DNA of 58,406 nucleotides, taken from the IMG/VR virus record IMGVR_UViG_3300044998_000622, positions 1 through 58,406 of that record; one strand, written 5' to 3'. This DNA is from a virus (lineage: Duplodnaviria; Caudoviricetes). This document shows positions 24,094-33,328 of the stretch, in pieces (position 1 is the first letter of the stretch; every line of letters begins with the position of its first letter). Under the pieces are notes generated by a model, which was not told where the DNA came from, did no database searches, and saw only the letters and a list, made by a program, of their open reading frames with translations. The position numbers and the translations under genes are program-made.

Positions 24094-25731
24094 GTGCAGA
24101 AGGACACCACGACCGAGGACCTGTCCCGCGTTCCGCTGGCGATGCTTGCGGACGGCGACCGCTTCGCGCGGCTCGACCGGCTGGAGAGTTACTACCGCTG
24201 CACTCAGGACGACGGGAAGTCGTACTCGTGGGACGGCTACTTCTCGGGCTACGGGGACAAGGCCGATATCAGCCCCGGCTGGTTCGTTCCCTACCGCCAC
24301 CGGCGCCCGAGCACCCGCTACGACCTCGCCCGGGTCATCGTGGATCGCCTGACCTCGTTCATGTTCGGGACCGACCGGTTCCCCCGGATCTTGGTGCCCG
24401 GGGACAAGGACGCCGAGGACTTCGTCAACGCTCTCGCGGAGGCCTCCCGGTTCGCCTCGAAGGTGGCGCAGGCGCGGACCCTGGGCGGTAGCTGCGGGTC
24501 GGTGGCGATGAGCATCGGCTTCGTCAACGGCTCTCCCCGGGTCGAAGTGCATAATGCGAAGCACACCTTCGTCACCCGGTGGGCCGATCGCGAGGACCTG
24601 CTCGTCGGCTCAGCGGTGAAGGTCTTCGCCTACAAGGCGCGCTCCGTCGAGGACGGCAAGATCAAGGAGCGGGAGTTCTACTCGGTCCGGTTTTGGGACG
24701 AGGACGTGGAGATCGTCTGGGACCCGATCCCCGCCGAGATCGCCCGCACGGGCGCATGGTGGCACCTCCCTCACCGGACGATCCGCCACCAGGCGGGGTT
24801 CTGCCCGATGTTCTGGATCCAGAACCTGCCGGGCCCGGACGGCGACATGGACGGCGAGGCCGACTTCCCCGAGCGGCTCTGCGAGACTTTCGACGAGCTG
24901 AACCAGCTGCTCTCGGCCTCGACGAAGGGCACGAAAGCGAACGTCGACCCGACCCTTGTGGTCCGGATGGACCCGACCCAGAACGACGGCACGCTCAAGC
25001 GGGGCTCGGACAACGTCATCTGGAGCCCGGGAGGCGCCAATTACCTGGAGCTCCAGGGCGCGGCAGCGAACACGGCGATCGCCATGCTGGAGCGCCTCCG
25101 GGCCTACGCCCTCGACATGAGCTCGGTCGTCATCCCGGACCCGGAGAAGCTATCCGGGGCGGCCCAGAGCGCCGCCGCCCTCCGCCTGATGTTCGCCCCG
25201 ATGACCGCGAAGTGCGACCTCCTCCGCGAGCAGTACGGCGAGCTCGCGATCAAGCGGCCCCTCCTGGGGCTGCTCCGCATGGCGCGCGCGCTCCTGAACC
25301 GGGCGCCGACCACGATCATGGGCGAGGACGGCACCGAGTACGAGCTCACGACCTTCGTGCGCCTGCCGCCCAAGGTCATCGAGGACGGCGAGACGGTGCG
25401 CGTCGAGGAGCGCAGGCCGGGCACCTCGGAGCTCCTGGTGCTTCAGTTTCCCGCCTACTTCCCGGCGACCGCCGAGGACCGTGGGAAGGCGGTCGACACG
25501 GCGCAGAAGGCGGCCGGCGGCAAGCCCCTGGTCTCGCAGCGGACCGCCCTGGCCTCGGTGGCCGACCTGTTCGGCGTGCGGGACGTGGACGCCGAGCTCG
25601 ACGCCGTGCATGAGGACGCCGAGCGCGAGGTCCAGCGGGCGGCCGACGTGTTCGCGGCGAACGGGGGCCCCGCGGGCGGCGTGCCGCCAGACTCCGAGGA
25701 GCCGGACGAGCCGGACGAGGACGAGGACTGA
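24094..25731 (+). CDS. Portal protein (SPP1 gp6-like)
   Basis: 545 aa after TerL; RLESYY, LARVIVDRLTSFMFG, CPMFWIQN, SAAALRLMF; acidic tail. Confidence 0.88.
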   Translation: MQKDTTTEDLSRVPLAMLADGDRFARLDRLESYYRCTQDDGKSYSWDGYFSGYGDKADISPGWFVPYRHRRPSTRYDLARVIVDRLTSFMFGTDRFPRILVPGDKDAEDFVNALAEASRFASKVAQARTLGGSCGSVAMSIGFVNGSPRVEVHNAKHTFVTRWADREDLLVGSAVKVFAYKARSVEDGKIKEREFYSVRFWDEDVEIVWDPIPAEIARTGAWWHLPHRTIRHQAGFCPMFWIQNLPGPDGDMDGEADFPERLCETFDELNQLLSASTKGTKANVDPTLVVRMDPTQNDGTLKRGSDNVIWSPGGANYLELQGAAANTAIAMLERLRAYALDMSSVVIPDPEKLSGAAQSAAALRLMFAPMTAKCDLLREQYGELAIKRPLLGLLRMARALLNRAPTTIMGEDGTEYELTTFVRLPPKVIEDGETVRVEERRPGTSELLVLQFPAYFPATAEDRGKAVDTAQKAAGGKPLVSQRTALASVADLFGVRDVDAELDAVHEDAEREVQRAADVFAANGGPAGGVPPDSEEPDEPDEDED

Positions 25732-25734
25732 CCG

Positions 25735-28700
25735 ATGCCTCCGACCGCCGAGGACCGCGCCAGGGCAGCCCGGACGGTCCGAGGGGTCCTGACCTCGGCC
25801 GACCGCGTTCTCGCGCTCCAGACGCCCGCCGGGCGCCTGGCCACCCAGCGGATGCTGGCCGACCTGCAGGCGGCCGACGCCGAGGTCGCGGCTCGCATCC
25901 AGTCGCTCGGTGGCGTTCCCGGCGAGAGGTTCAGTTCCGCGTCCGCCCTGGCGTACCGGGCCCAGATCCAGATCGTCATCGACCGGGTCAAGGGCAGGCT
26001 CGCCGGGCACGTCGAGGCCGCCACGGAGGCCGCCATCGCCGCCTCGCACGGGCAGACGATCGAGCTCCTTGGAGGGCTGGAGTCGGCGTTCTCGGGCGTC
26101 ACCCGGCCGCTCCGGATCGCCCAGGCCGCCGTGATCGACCCGGTACTCGACGGGGTCCGGGCATCGTGCCTGCGCTCGCGGGCGACCAGCGTGGACCGGT
26201 ACGGGACGGCCATGATCGGCGAGTTCGAGAGGCGGATCCGCATGGGTCTACTCACCGGGCGAACCCAAGAGCAGATGATCGACGAGCTCGTCGGGCACGG
26301 GGGTCCGACCGGGACCGTCTCGATGAGCGCGCGAGAAGTGGCTGGCGCCGTCGTGCGGCTGCGTGAGGAGGACATCCCAGAGGGGCTGTTCCGCAGGTAC
26401 AGGTACTGGGCGGAGCGCATCGTCCGCACCGAGACGGCAGCGGCGTACAACGAGGCCCGATTCCGGGGCCTTGCTGCGGCGAAAGAGCAGTTCCCCGACC
26501 TGAAGAAGAAGATCGTCGCTCACTTCGACAACCGGACCGCGCCGGACTCGGTAGCGGTGCATGGTCAGATTCGAGACCTCAACGACTACTTCGTCGACGG
26601 CGCAGGCCGGGTCTACTTGCGGCCCCCTGCGCGCCCGAACGACCGCGAGACCGTGATCCCCTGGCGGGAGTCATGGCCCGAGCTCCCGGACACCCGCCCG
26701 GCGCCCCCTGGAGCCGTGGCGGACGCGCTCCTGGCCTCCGCCTCGCATGGGCAGGAGGTCGAGGAGGGCAAGCGCGCGGAGCTCCTGCGCGCCATCAAGG
26801 CCGAGCGGGACGCGCAGGCGGCCCAGATCCGGGCGTCGCGCAAGGCCGCCCAGGAAGCCGCCGCCGCGGCCCAGGCGCAGGCCGCCGCGGCGGCGAAGGC
26901 GACCGCCGAGGCCCAGGCGCAGGCGGCCAAGCAGGCCGCCGCCGCGGCGAAGAAGGCGGCGACGCTGGCGAAGTACGCCGCCACGTCGGCCGCGAAGAAG
27001 ATCGCGAAGAAGATGGCGGCGGCCACGGCGAAGATCGCGAAGGAGGGCGGCAACGTCGAGGAGGTGCTCGACCAGGCGCTTGCCGCCGCCGAGGCCGACC
27101 CGGAGCTCACGCTTGCGAACCTTCACTGGGAGCTCTTCGGCGTCGAGGCCAACGCTCACAGCAAGAAGAAGCACCTCGCCGGCCTGGCGGCGAACCCGGC
27201 CACGGTCAAGCAGGAGATCCTCGCGCACTACCAGGCGCTCGCGGCTCCCCCTCCGCCCCCTCCACCTCCTCCACCTCCACCTCCGCCGCCCCCGCCACCT
27301 CCACCTCCGCCGCCCCCGCCTCCTCCGCCTTCGGGCACGGGCATCGCTCACCCGCACCTCCCGACCCTCGGAACGCACGAGATCAAGGCGGTGTCCGGGT
27401 TCAACGACATCTATGTCGGGGGAACCAAGGCGGGCTACTTCATGACCGACTCGCCGGGGGTCTACAGCGTCACCCCCCCTGGCTATCTCGGCTGGGCGGC
27501 GGCGAAGTTCACCTCGCCGCAGGCCGCGGCCGAGTACGCCCACCTCGTCTCGAACGCGATCGGGCACGTGAAGGCGACCGGCGTAGTGCCGGCTCCGCCG
27601 ACGGTGCCTGCCTCGCTCCTGTTCACGGCGTCTGGGCCGCCATCAGCTCCGGTCAGCCCTTCCCTGACGCCGATCACGCGCGTCGTCGTCGAGGACCTGG
27701 AGCACGTTCCGCGGCTGCGCGCCTCCCGCCGGCTCCGGCTGTCATCGGGCGAGGCGGTGAGCTCCGACGGGCAGTGGATCGAAAACACGGAGGTCAACTT
27801 TCGGGTCGAGCGCGTCGGCGAGCGCGAGATGACCCGCGTGGCGTTCAAGCTCACCAGGGAGGCCGGCGACGAAGCGTTCCGACGGCTGCAGGCCGAGGCA
27901 GGTGCCAGGACGGCGAAAGCTCACTTCCGGGCGGGCACGTCCACGCACGGCGGCCAAGTGACCAGGAAGAGCCTCGACGAACTCGCCATGTACCAGGACA
28001 CAAGCCAAGGGCACACCTCCCCGCAGCCCGTCCCCGTCGGCGACTACGAGGAGCACGCCCAGATGGTTGAGGTCCGATTCACCGCTCGGAACGGGCGCAC
28101 GGTGCGGGTGAGGCAGTATCGAGACCGGAACGCCGCCCCCTATGTGCGCGACGTGCTGAACGCGGCCCACAACTCGGTCGAGATCTACGTCGACAGCGAC
28201 GACCCCGCCGAGGCGCACGCCGCGTTTGTGGAGGTCACCGAGCGGATCGGCGTGAGCGGCGCGGGCCGGGTGCCGGCTCCGGAGGACCGCGTGCGCCTCC
28301 GCCGGGCCCGGCTCCTGGGCTGGGTGGACCCGGTGCGGTTCGGCGACGCGCTGAACAAGAGGATCGCGAAGGTGGGGCTCGCGCGTGCCGTGGACGAGGT
28401 CTGGGAGGCCAACGCGGACGTCTCCAACGGGCCGCTCCCGACGCTGCGGGAGCTCGACGAGGACACGCGGATCGTCGAGACTGCACCCGGGAGGATCGGG
28501 CCCTTCTCGGCGCGCCTCGCTGCCGCCATGCAGAAGGCCGGCATCACGCACCTCACTCACAACAGCACCTGGACCGACCTGCCGGCGGCGATCGCCGCCG
28601 CGCAGGACGGGATCGCGCTGGCGTCCACGCTGGAGCGATTCAATCGCGGCAACGTCCACGAGCGCGGACTGAGCTCCATGCGCGACCTCACTACCGGAGG

Positions 28701-29049
28701 CTCGGACGGAGTCTTCCTGCGCGTGGCGCGCGGGGTCCCCGCGCGCCCGACGCTGGAGATCGACCCGAGCGAGCTCGGGCGCATGGATATCTGGGGCTTC
28801 CCGACCGACCTCTATGGCAGGGCCGGTGGTGGAGTGGTCAAAGATCGCTGGGGCGCCAGGCAGATCGCCGAGACCATGAACCCGCGCTCGAACAACGAGG
28901 TCATGCTACAGGGCGCGCTCTCAATCGCCGCGGTCCGGCGGGTGCGGTGCAAGACGCCTGCGGCGCGGGACAAAGCGCTCGACGTCTGCCGCAAGCGTGG
29001 AGTGACCGAGATCAACGGGGTTCCCGTGGATCAGTTTTTCTACTATTGA
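25735..29049 (+). CDS. MuF (SPP1 gp7-like) minor head protein with poly-Pro linker and C-terminal putative ADP-ribosyltransferase-like effector
   Basis: Follows portal; AERIVRTETAAAYN, DNRT, HGQI, PPARPNDR (MuF); Ala/Lys-rich helix; 28 Pro; C-terminal LTH, LAS..ER, GGSDGVFLR, NNEVM. Confidence 0.85.
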   Translation: MPPTAEDRARAARTVRGVLTSADRVLALQTPAGRLATQRMLADLQAADAEVAARIQSLGGVPGERFSSASALAYRAQIQIVIDRVKGRLAGHVEAATEAAIAASHGQTIELLGGLESAFSGVTRPLRIAQAAVIDPVLDGVRASCLRSRATSVDRYGTAMIGEFERRIRMGLLTGRTQEQMIDELVGHGGPTGTVSMSAREVAGAVVRLREEDIPEGLFRRYRYWAERIVRTETAAAYNEARFRGLAAAKEQFPDLKKKIVAHFDNRTAPDSVAVHGQIRDLNDYFVDGAGRVYLRPPARPNDRETVIPWRESWPELPDTRPAPPGAVADALLASASHGQEVEEGKRAELLRAIKAERDAQAAQIRASRKAAQEAAAAAQAQAAAAAKATAEAQAQAAKQAAAAAKKAATLAKYAATSAAKKIAKKMAAATAKIAKEGGNVEEVLDQALAAAEADPELTLANLHWELFGVEANAHSKKKHLAGLAANPATVKQEILAHYQALAAPPPPPPPPPPPPPPPPPPPPPPPPPPPPSGTGIAHPHLPTLGTHEIKAVSGFNDIYVGGTKAGYFMTDSPGVYSVTPPGYLGWAAAKFTSPQAAAEYAHLVSNAIGHVKATGVVPAPPTVPASLLFTASGPPSAPVSPSLTPITRVVVEDLEHVPRLRASRRLRLSSGEAVSSDGQWIENTEVNFRVERVGEREMTRVAFKLTREAGDEAFRRLQAEAGARTAKAHFRAGTSTHGGQVTRKSLDELAMYQDTSQGHTSPQPVPVGDYEEHAQMVEVRFTARNGRTVRVRQYRDRNAAPYVRDVLNAAHNSVEIYVDSDDPAEAHAAFVEVTERIGVSGAGRVPAPEDRVRLRRARLLGWVDPVRFGDALNKRIAKVGLARAVDEVWEANADVSNGPLPTLRELDEDTRIVETAPGRIGPFSARLAAAMQKAGITHLTHNSTWTDLPAAIAAAQDGIALASTLERFNRGNVHERGLSSMRDLTTGGSDGVFLRVARGVPARPTLEIDPSELGRMDIWGFPTDLYGRAGGGVVKDRWGARQIAETMNPRSNNEVMLQGALSIAAVRRVRCKTPAARDKALDVCRKRGVTEINGVPVDQFFYY
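27247..27330 (+). repeat. 28 consecutive proline codons
   Basis: Mixed CCC/CCT/CCG/CCA codons, in frame. Confidence 0.95.
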
Positions 29050-29099
29050 CGCTGAACCTTGGGCTCGCGCGCTCGCTGGGCCCGCGCCAGGATGGAGGC

Positions 29100-29492
29100 A
29101 TGGCAATCCATCCCAAGAAGTTCGACTTCGCGGTCGCGGGCGCAGCCTGCATCCTCCGGGTGTCGACCGACACGCCGAACGGCGAGGTCGCGTCTGGGGT
29201 CCGCCTCCACGTCGACAAGGACGACCGCGGCCGGAAGCGGGTGATCGTGATGTTCTTCGGCGCCGACCGGGAACGCGGGCGCGAGATCCGGAAGATCCTG
29301 CGCGACGAGCCCGAGCGCCTCCGCTTCGTTGACTCCCAGGGCGCCCGGGTCGAGTTCACCCCCATCACCATCGCTTGGTGGCGCAAACACGGCCGCGCGT
29401 CCTGCGGCTCGGACTTCGACCCCGGCGGCGACACGGATACGGACCTGCTCAAGCTCCAGAACTACGTGGTTCACGGGGGAGTTCGATGCTGA
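29100..29492 (+). CDS. Hypothetical protein, candidate immunity protein for the MuF effector
   Basis: 130 aa starting 50 nt after the MuF stop; function inferred from position only. Confidence 0.6.
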   Translation: MAIHPKKFDFAVAGAACILRVSTDTPNGEVASGVRLHVDKDDRGRKRVIVMFFGADRERGREIRKILRDEPERLRFVDSQGARVEFTPITIAWWRKHGRASCGSDFDPGGDTDTDLLKLQNYVVHGGVRC

Positions 29493-29537
29493 TCGAAAGA
29501 ATCGACCGGGCGAGGTAAGCAAAAGAGCTTTTCAGGC

Positions 29538-29571
29538 TTGCAAGGAGGGGAAACCGGATTAGATTACCGGT
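29538..29571 (+). promoter_or_regulatory. Sigma70-like promoter in an AT-richer gap
   Basis: TTGCAA-16 nt-TAGATT; -10 bracketed by an ACCGG/CCGGT inverted repeat. Confidence 0.6.
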
Positions 29572-29603
29572 GTTGGCAGACGCCAACGGAAAAGGAAAGC
29601 GAA

Positions 29604-29819
29604 ATGACCACCATCTCCATGGACGACACGAACACGAACACGGGCACGGTTCACCCTTTCCCCACGACCGATCAGATCACCAAGCTCCGTGCCGAGGCGG
29701 AACTCGCCGGCGACGATGCCCAGGTCGCAGTATGCGACCGGGCACTCGACGGGGTGCCCGCAGCACTCGTCGCGTGCGCCCGCGTGATCGCGCGGGCCGC
29801 TGCAATGCAGGACACCTGA
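29604..29819 (+). CDS. Small hypothetical protein
   Basis: AAAGGAAAG RBS; TDQITKLRAEA..AGD..QV..CDRAL. Confidence 0.75.
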   Translation: MTTISMDDTNTNTGTVHPFPTTDQITKLRAEAELAGDDAQVAVCDRALDGVPAALVACARVIARAAAMQDT

Positions 29820-29877
29820 GCGCAGGCAAGTTCTGAAGGCCCCAGCCTCGTGCATTCCACCCCTGAAAGGAGCCTCC

Positions 29878-30150
29878 ATGTACAACGATCCCATGTACGA
29901 CGAATCCCCCCGATCGATCGGCGAGATCGCTCTCGATCTCGCCGACGTGCTGGAGCGCCGGCACGCCGAGCCGGACCTGCGCGACGAGATCCGGGTGCTG
30001 CTCGCCGAGCTCCGGTACGCTCGCACGGCTGAGCGGTCTCGGCAGCAGGCTCTGGCTGCGGAGGCGTCCAGGGAGAGGGCCCACTGGCGCCGGATAGGAG
30101 AACTCGTGGGCGAGGACCTGCTTGGCGAGACCCCCACTCTCCGCCCATGA
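29878..30150 (+). CDS. Hypothetical protein
   Basis: AAAGGAG RBS. Confidence 0.75.
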   Translation: MYNDPMYDESPRSIGEIALDLADVLERRHAEPDLRDEIRVLLAELRYARTAERSRQQALAAEASRERAHWRRIGELVGEDLLGETPTLRP

Positions 30151-30413
30151 GGCTCCCGATTCTTGCGTGCGATGCCTGCGCTGCCCGGCGCAGGCGCGCT
30201 CGCGTCTGGATCTGGCTGGCGTACCTCGGCGGCAAGGAGATCGACGCGATCCTCTACCACCCGAACCCAGCCGTGCGGTCTCGGGAGGAGGAGGTGGCCG
30301 ACCTTGAAGCGGGCCGAAAGCGCTGCGTCGCGAAGGCGGAAGAGGTCGGCGGCCTTGGGACGGCCGACCGGGACTGGGCGTCCGCCATGGAAGCGTTCTG
30401 GTGGCAGGGCTGA
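30147..30413 (+). CDS. Hypothetical protein with CxxC
   Basis: ATGA-coupled to the previous gene. Confidence 0.65.
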   Translation: MRLPILACDACAARRRRARVWIWLAYLGGKEIDAILYHPNPAVRSREEEVADLEAGRKRCVAKAEEVGGLGTADRDWASAMEAFWWQG

Positions 30414-30433
30414 CGATCCGCTACCCTTCCCTG

Positions 30434-30673
30434 ATGCCGACCCCGAAGCTCCACACGCTCGACCAGATCAACGCGGCGACCACGGCTGCCCTCGTGGAGG
30501 CGCGATCGAAGATCGGCAACGACGTCCCCGTGCAGTCCGAGGCTGCCCGCTTCTACGCGGACGGCCCGCTGCACCTGACGGCGGAGCGTATGCAGTCGGG
30601 AGGCCTCTCCGACGCGCCCCCGGGCGCCCCCAAGGCCACCGACCAGGCCGGCTCGCCCTTCCGCCTGCGCTGA
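30434..30673 (+). CDS. Small hypothetical protein (head region)
   Basis: TACCCT 6 nt before ATG; coding-like codon bias. Confidence 0.65.
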   Translation: MPTPKLHTLDQINAATTAALVEARSKIGNDVPVQSEAARFYADGPLHLTAERMQSGGLSDAPPGAPKATDQAGSPFRLR

Positions 30674-30755
30674 GCTCCGTCGTGGCGTGCGTGGCGACGT
30701 CGGGGCACCGCGGGCGTCCTTGCGTGCGAGTGCGCGTTCTGCGACGCTTGCTGGC

Positions 30756-30998
30756 ATGGACCGACCCGCGTTTCTGAACAGCCCCGGTGCCGTCAACCCC
30801 ACCGGCGGCGACACGACCCAGGGTCCGCATTCGGACCCGAACTTCGTCCAGGGCGCCGCTCCCGGCGGACCGTGGCCGATCTCCGGCGCCCCGGTGCCGA
30901 TCTCGCAGAGCGGCCTGCCGTTCACCACGAACGGCACGAGCTACTCGCCCGCCAACCCGCCGCTCCCCGGTCCGAACGACGGCCACGGAAAGGTCTGA
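30756..30998 (+). CDS. Small Pro/Gly-rich protein (head region)
   Basis: MDRPAFLNSPG...; strong GC3 bias. Confidence 0.65.
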   Translation: MDRPAFLNSPGAVNPTGGDTTQGPHSDPNFVQGAAPGGPWPISGAPVPISQSGLPFTTNGTSYSPANPPLPGPNDGHGKV

Positions 30999-31001
30999 GT
31001 C

Positions 31002-31733
31002 GTGACCGACTCGCTCACGCTCAAGGGCACGCTGGAGGTCGGCGGCGGCGCGTGCGCGAGCTCGTGCGGCTCCGCGGACCGCAGCTTGCGGTCGCTCGCG
31101 CTGCGATGCTCGACGGGCCAGGTCTTCCAGACCCTCGTCGAGACCGCGGCTCCGATCCGGATCGCGACCGCGGGCGCCGTCGGCGCCTCGTTCGTCGACC
31201 TGGACCTGCTGGGGGACCTCACCTCGATCGAGTTCCTCTACATGCGGTCCGACGCGCCGATCCTCGTGCGGATCGGCGCGGCTGAGCCGGTCCTCACCGG
31301 GAGCGCGGGCACCTTCCCGACCCTCTTCGCGGGCGGCGAGACGCTCAACCTCAACTTCAACGGCGTGGCGGTCTCGGTCGCCTTCTTGGTGACCGACCAG
31401 ACCGCGGTCCAGTGCGCGGCGCGGATCAACGCGGCCTGCGCCCTGGCGGGGCTCGCGACGCCGCGCGCCTCGGTCCTGACGACCGGCCAGATCCAGATCC
31501 TCGGCCTCGGAACCGGCGCCGCCTCGACGCTCGACGTCACGGGCGGCACCGGCGCGGCGACGCTCGGCTTTGCCGGCACCCCCAGCGACACGGGCGAGGG
31601 CGCCGACGTCCCTCTCCACGGGACGCTGCTCATCGAGTTTCCGCAGGCGGGCACGACGAGCCCGCCGCCTCCCTCGCGCGTCCAGGTCTCTGGCGTGGCG
31701 GGGATCCAGATCGTCGCAGCCGGGCGCTCCTAA
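31002..31733 (+). CDS. Virion structural protein sharing a domain with the tail sheath
   Basis: Gly/Ala/Thr-rich; GGETL...TDQTA.Q.AARINAA also occurs in the sheath. Confidence 0.75.
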   Translation: MTDSLTLKGTLEVGGGACASSCGSADRSLRSLALRCSTGQVFQTLVETAAPIRIATAGAVGASFVDLDLLGDLTSIEFLYMRSDAPILVRIGAAEPVLTGSAGTFPTLFAGGETLNLNFNGVAVSVAFLVTDQTAVQCAARINAACALAGLATPRASVLTTGQIQILGLGTGAASTLDVTGGTGAATLGFAGTPSDTGEGADVPLHGTLLIEFPQAGTTSPPPPSRVQVSGVAGIQIVAAGRS

Positions 31734-31760
31734 CCGGGGCCGACAGAGGAGATCAAGATC

Positions 31761-32396
31761 ATGCGAAGCAACCGAGACGTCCTGAACGAGAGCAACCCGA
31801 ACAAGCTCGCGAGCTCGGCCCAGGCGATCAAGCTGGGCAACGCCCTGGCCTTGATGCCCGCTTTCGTGTCGGGCTCGGTGAGCTCCAACAGGCTCACGCT
31901 CCCGAACGCGCAGAAAGCGCTGGCGGTCCTGTTCGCGTACTCGCGCACGGGCACGCTCACGCAGCAGCTTGTCCCCATCGCCACCGGCGCGACCCCGGCC
32001 ACGGGACAGGTGGGGGTCAGCCCCACCGGCGACATTCTGTTCGCCACCGCGGACGCGGTGACGTCGGCGGACGTCGTCTACCTCCCCGCCGAGGGCGAGA
32101 TCGTGACCGAGACCCTTCCCGTGGTATCGAACGTCGCGACCCCCCTGCAGGGCAAGGAGGCGCTCATCCTGCTCTCGGCCACCGTCACGATCGGCGGCTC
32201 GGTCGGCGCCAAGACCGTCACCTTCCGTGGCGCGGCCGTAGGCGCGGGCCAGGCAGCCGTCACCGACACGGGGACCATCGCGTTCGCCTCGGCGGATGCG
32301 GCGACCCAGGCCACCGTCACCTACATCGCGAAGCCCTCGGCGGGGAGCGCGGCGCGCTCCCTCAAGGACGCGCTCGCGGCGGACGTCGCGCTCTGA
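31761..32396 (+). CDS. Virion protein, candidate head decoration; two internal repeats
   Basis: AGGAGA RBS; GQVGVSPTGDILFATADAVTSADVVY vs GQAAVTDTGTIAFASADAATQATVTY. Confidence 0.75.
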   Translation: MRSNRDVLNESNPNKLASSAQAIKLGNALALMPAFVSGSVSSNRLTLPNAQKALAVLFAYSRTGTLTQQLVPIATGATPATGQVGVSPTGDILFATADAVTSADVVYLPAEGEIVTETLPVVSNVATPLQGKEALILLSATVTIGGSVGAKTVTFRGAAVGAGQAAVTDTGTIAFASADAATQATVTYIAKPSAGSAARSLKDALAADVAL

Positions 32397-32398
32397 AT

Positions 32399-32525
32399 GA
32401 GGGGGAGCACGGAAGAGCCATTCCGCGCTTCCCTCCCGACGTCTGGGAGCGAGGGCACCTGCGGGGCCTGACGCAAGGCGTGACAGCCGGGAGAGACCGG
32501 CACGTCTACGCGGGAACCATCCCGC
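32399..32525 (+). ncRNA. Structured intergenic RNA candidate (core resembles the Acido-Lenti-1 motif, from memory)
   Basis: Hairpins 32399-32437, 32466-32479, 32486-32501 (GCCGG-GAGAGA-CCGGC after GGCGTGACA), 32510-32525. Confidence 0.45.
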
Positions 32526-32544
32526 ACGAGAGGAGAGCGAGAGC

Positions 32545-33228
32545 ATGGACGCCGAAAGCAAGGCCGCCGGTCTCGGCGGCGAGATCAAGCCCACCGTCAC
32601 CCCGCCGACGGCAACGGCTCCGTCGGAGCCGTTCGCGACGTTTCCGACGAAGGAGCTCTTCGACGACCGCGTCGAGCGCGCCACGAAGAGCGCCGTGAAG
32701 AAGGTCCTGGGGGTCGACCTCGAAGACGCAAAGGCCCGCCTCGCGCGTCTGGCCGAGCTCGAAGCGGCCGAAGAAGAGCGGAAGAAGGCCGCGATGACCG
32801 AAGCCGAGCGGAACAAGGCGGAGATCGACAAGCTGCGCGCGGAGGCCGAGGCGGCTCGCGCGGAGGCGGCTCGCGCCATGTCCGAGGCCCAGGCTGCGCG
32901 CGTGTTCGCGAGGCACGGGGTCCGGGATGACGAGTACGGGACCTGGAAGCTCCGCCAGGCCGAAGCGGCGGCGAAGCTCGCCGGGACCGAGTTCTCCGCC
33001 GACGCCTTCGTCGCGGAGCTCCTCAAGGACCCTCGCGAGCGCGTGAAGCTCGGCGTCGACGACGTGGGCACGGCGGCGAAGCAGGCCTCATCTCCGGCGG
33101 CCACGACGCACGGCTCCGGCGCTCAGCCCCAGCCTCCGGCAGCGGGGTCGGTGACGCAGCAAAAGGACGCGATGCAGATGACGCCCGACGAGTTCCGCAG
33201 GCACCTCGCCTCGCTCGGCGTCGGCTGA
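32545..33228 (+). CDS. Capsid scaffolding protein
   Basis: Charged coiled coil (MTEAER), flexible tail ending MTPDEFRRHL; immediately before the major capsid gene. Confidence 0.8.
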   Translation: MDAESKAAGLGGEIKPTVTPPTATAPSEPFATFPTKELFDDRVERATKSAVKKVLGVDLEDAKARLARLAELEAAEEERKKAAMTEAERNKAEIDKLRAEAEAARAEAARAMSEAQAARVFARHGVRDDEYGTWKLRQAEAAAKLAGTEFSADAFVAELLKDPRERVKLGVDDVGTAAKQASSPAATTHGSGAQPQPPAAGSVTQQKDAMQMTPDEFRRHLASLGVG

Positions 33229-33232
33229 GCAA

Positions 33233-33328
33233 TTGCGCGCACCGTCCTCGGCGCGCTAGGGTTCCACGGCAAGTTCACCCCCGCGCTCTCTACGCGACGA
33301 CGGCGGAAACGGTCGGTACGAGCGGACG
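33233..33328 (+). promoter_or_regulatory. Capsid promoter and structured leader
   Basis: TTGCGC-18 nt-TAGGGT; two GAC-GGCGG..-GTC mini-hairpins at about 33298-33315 and 33326-33338. Confidence 0.5.
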
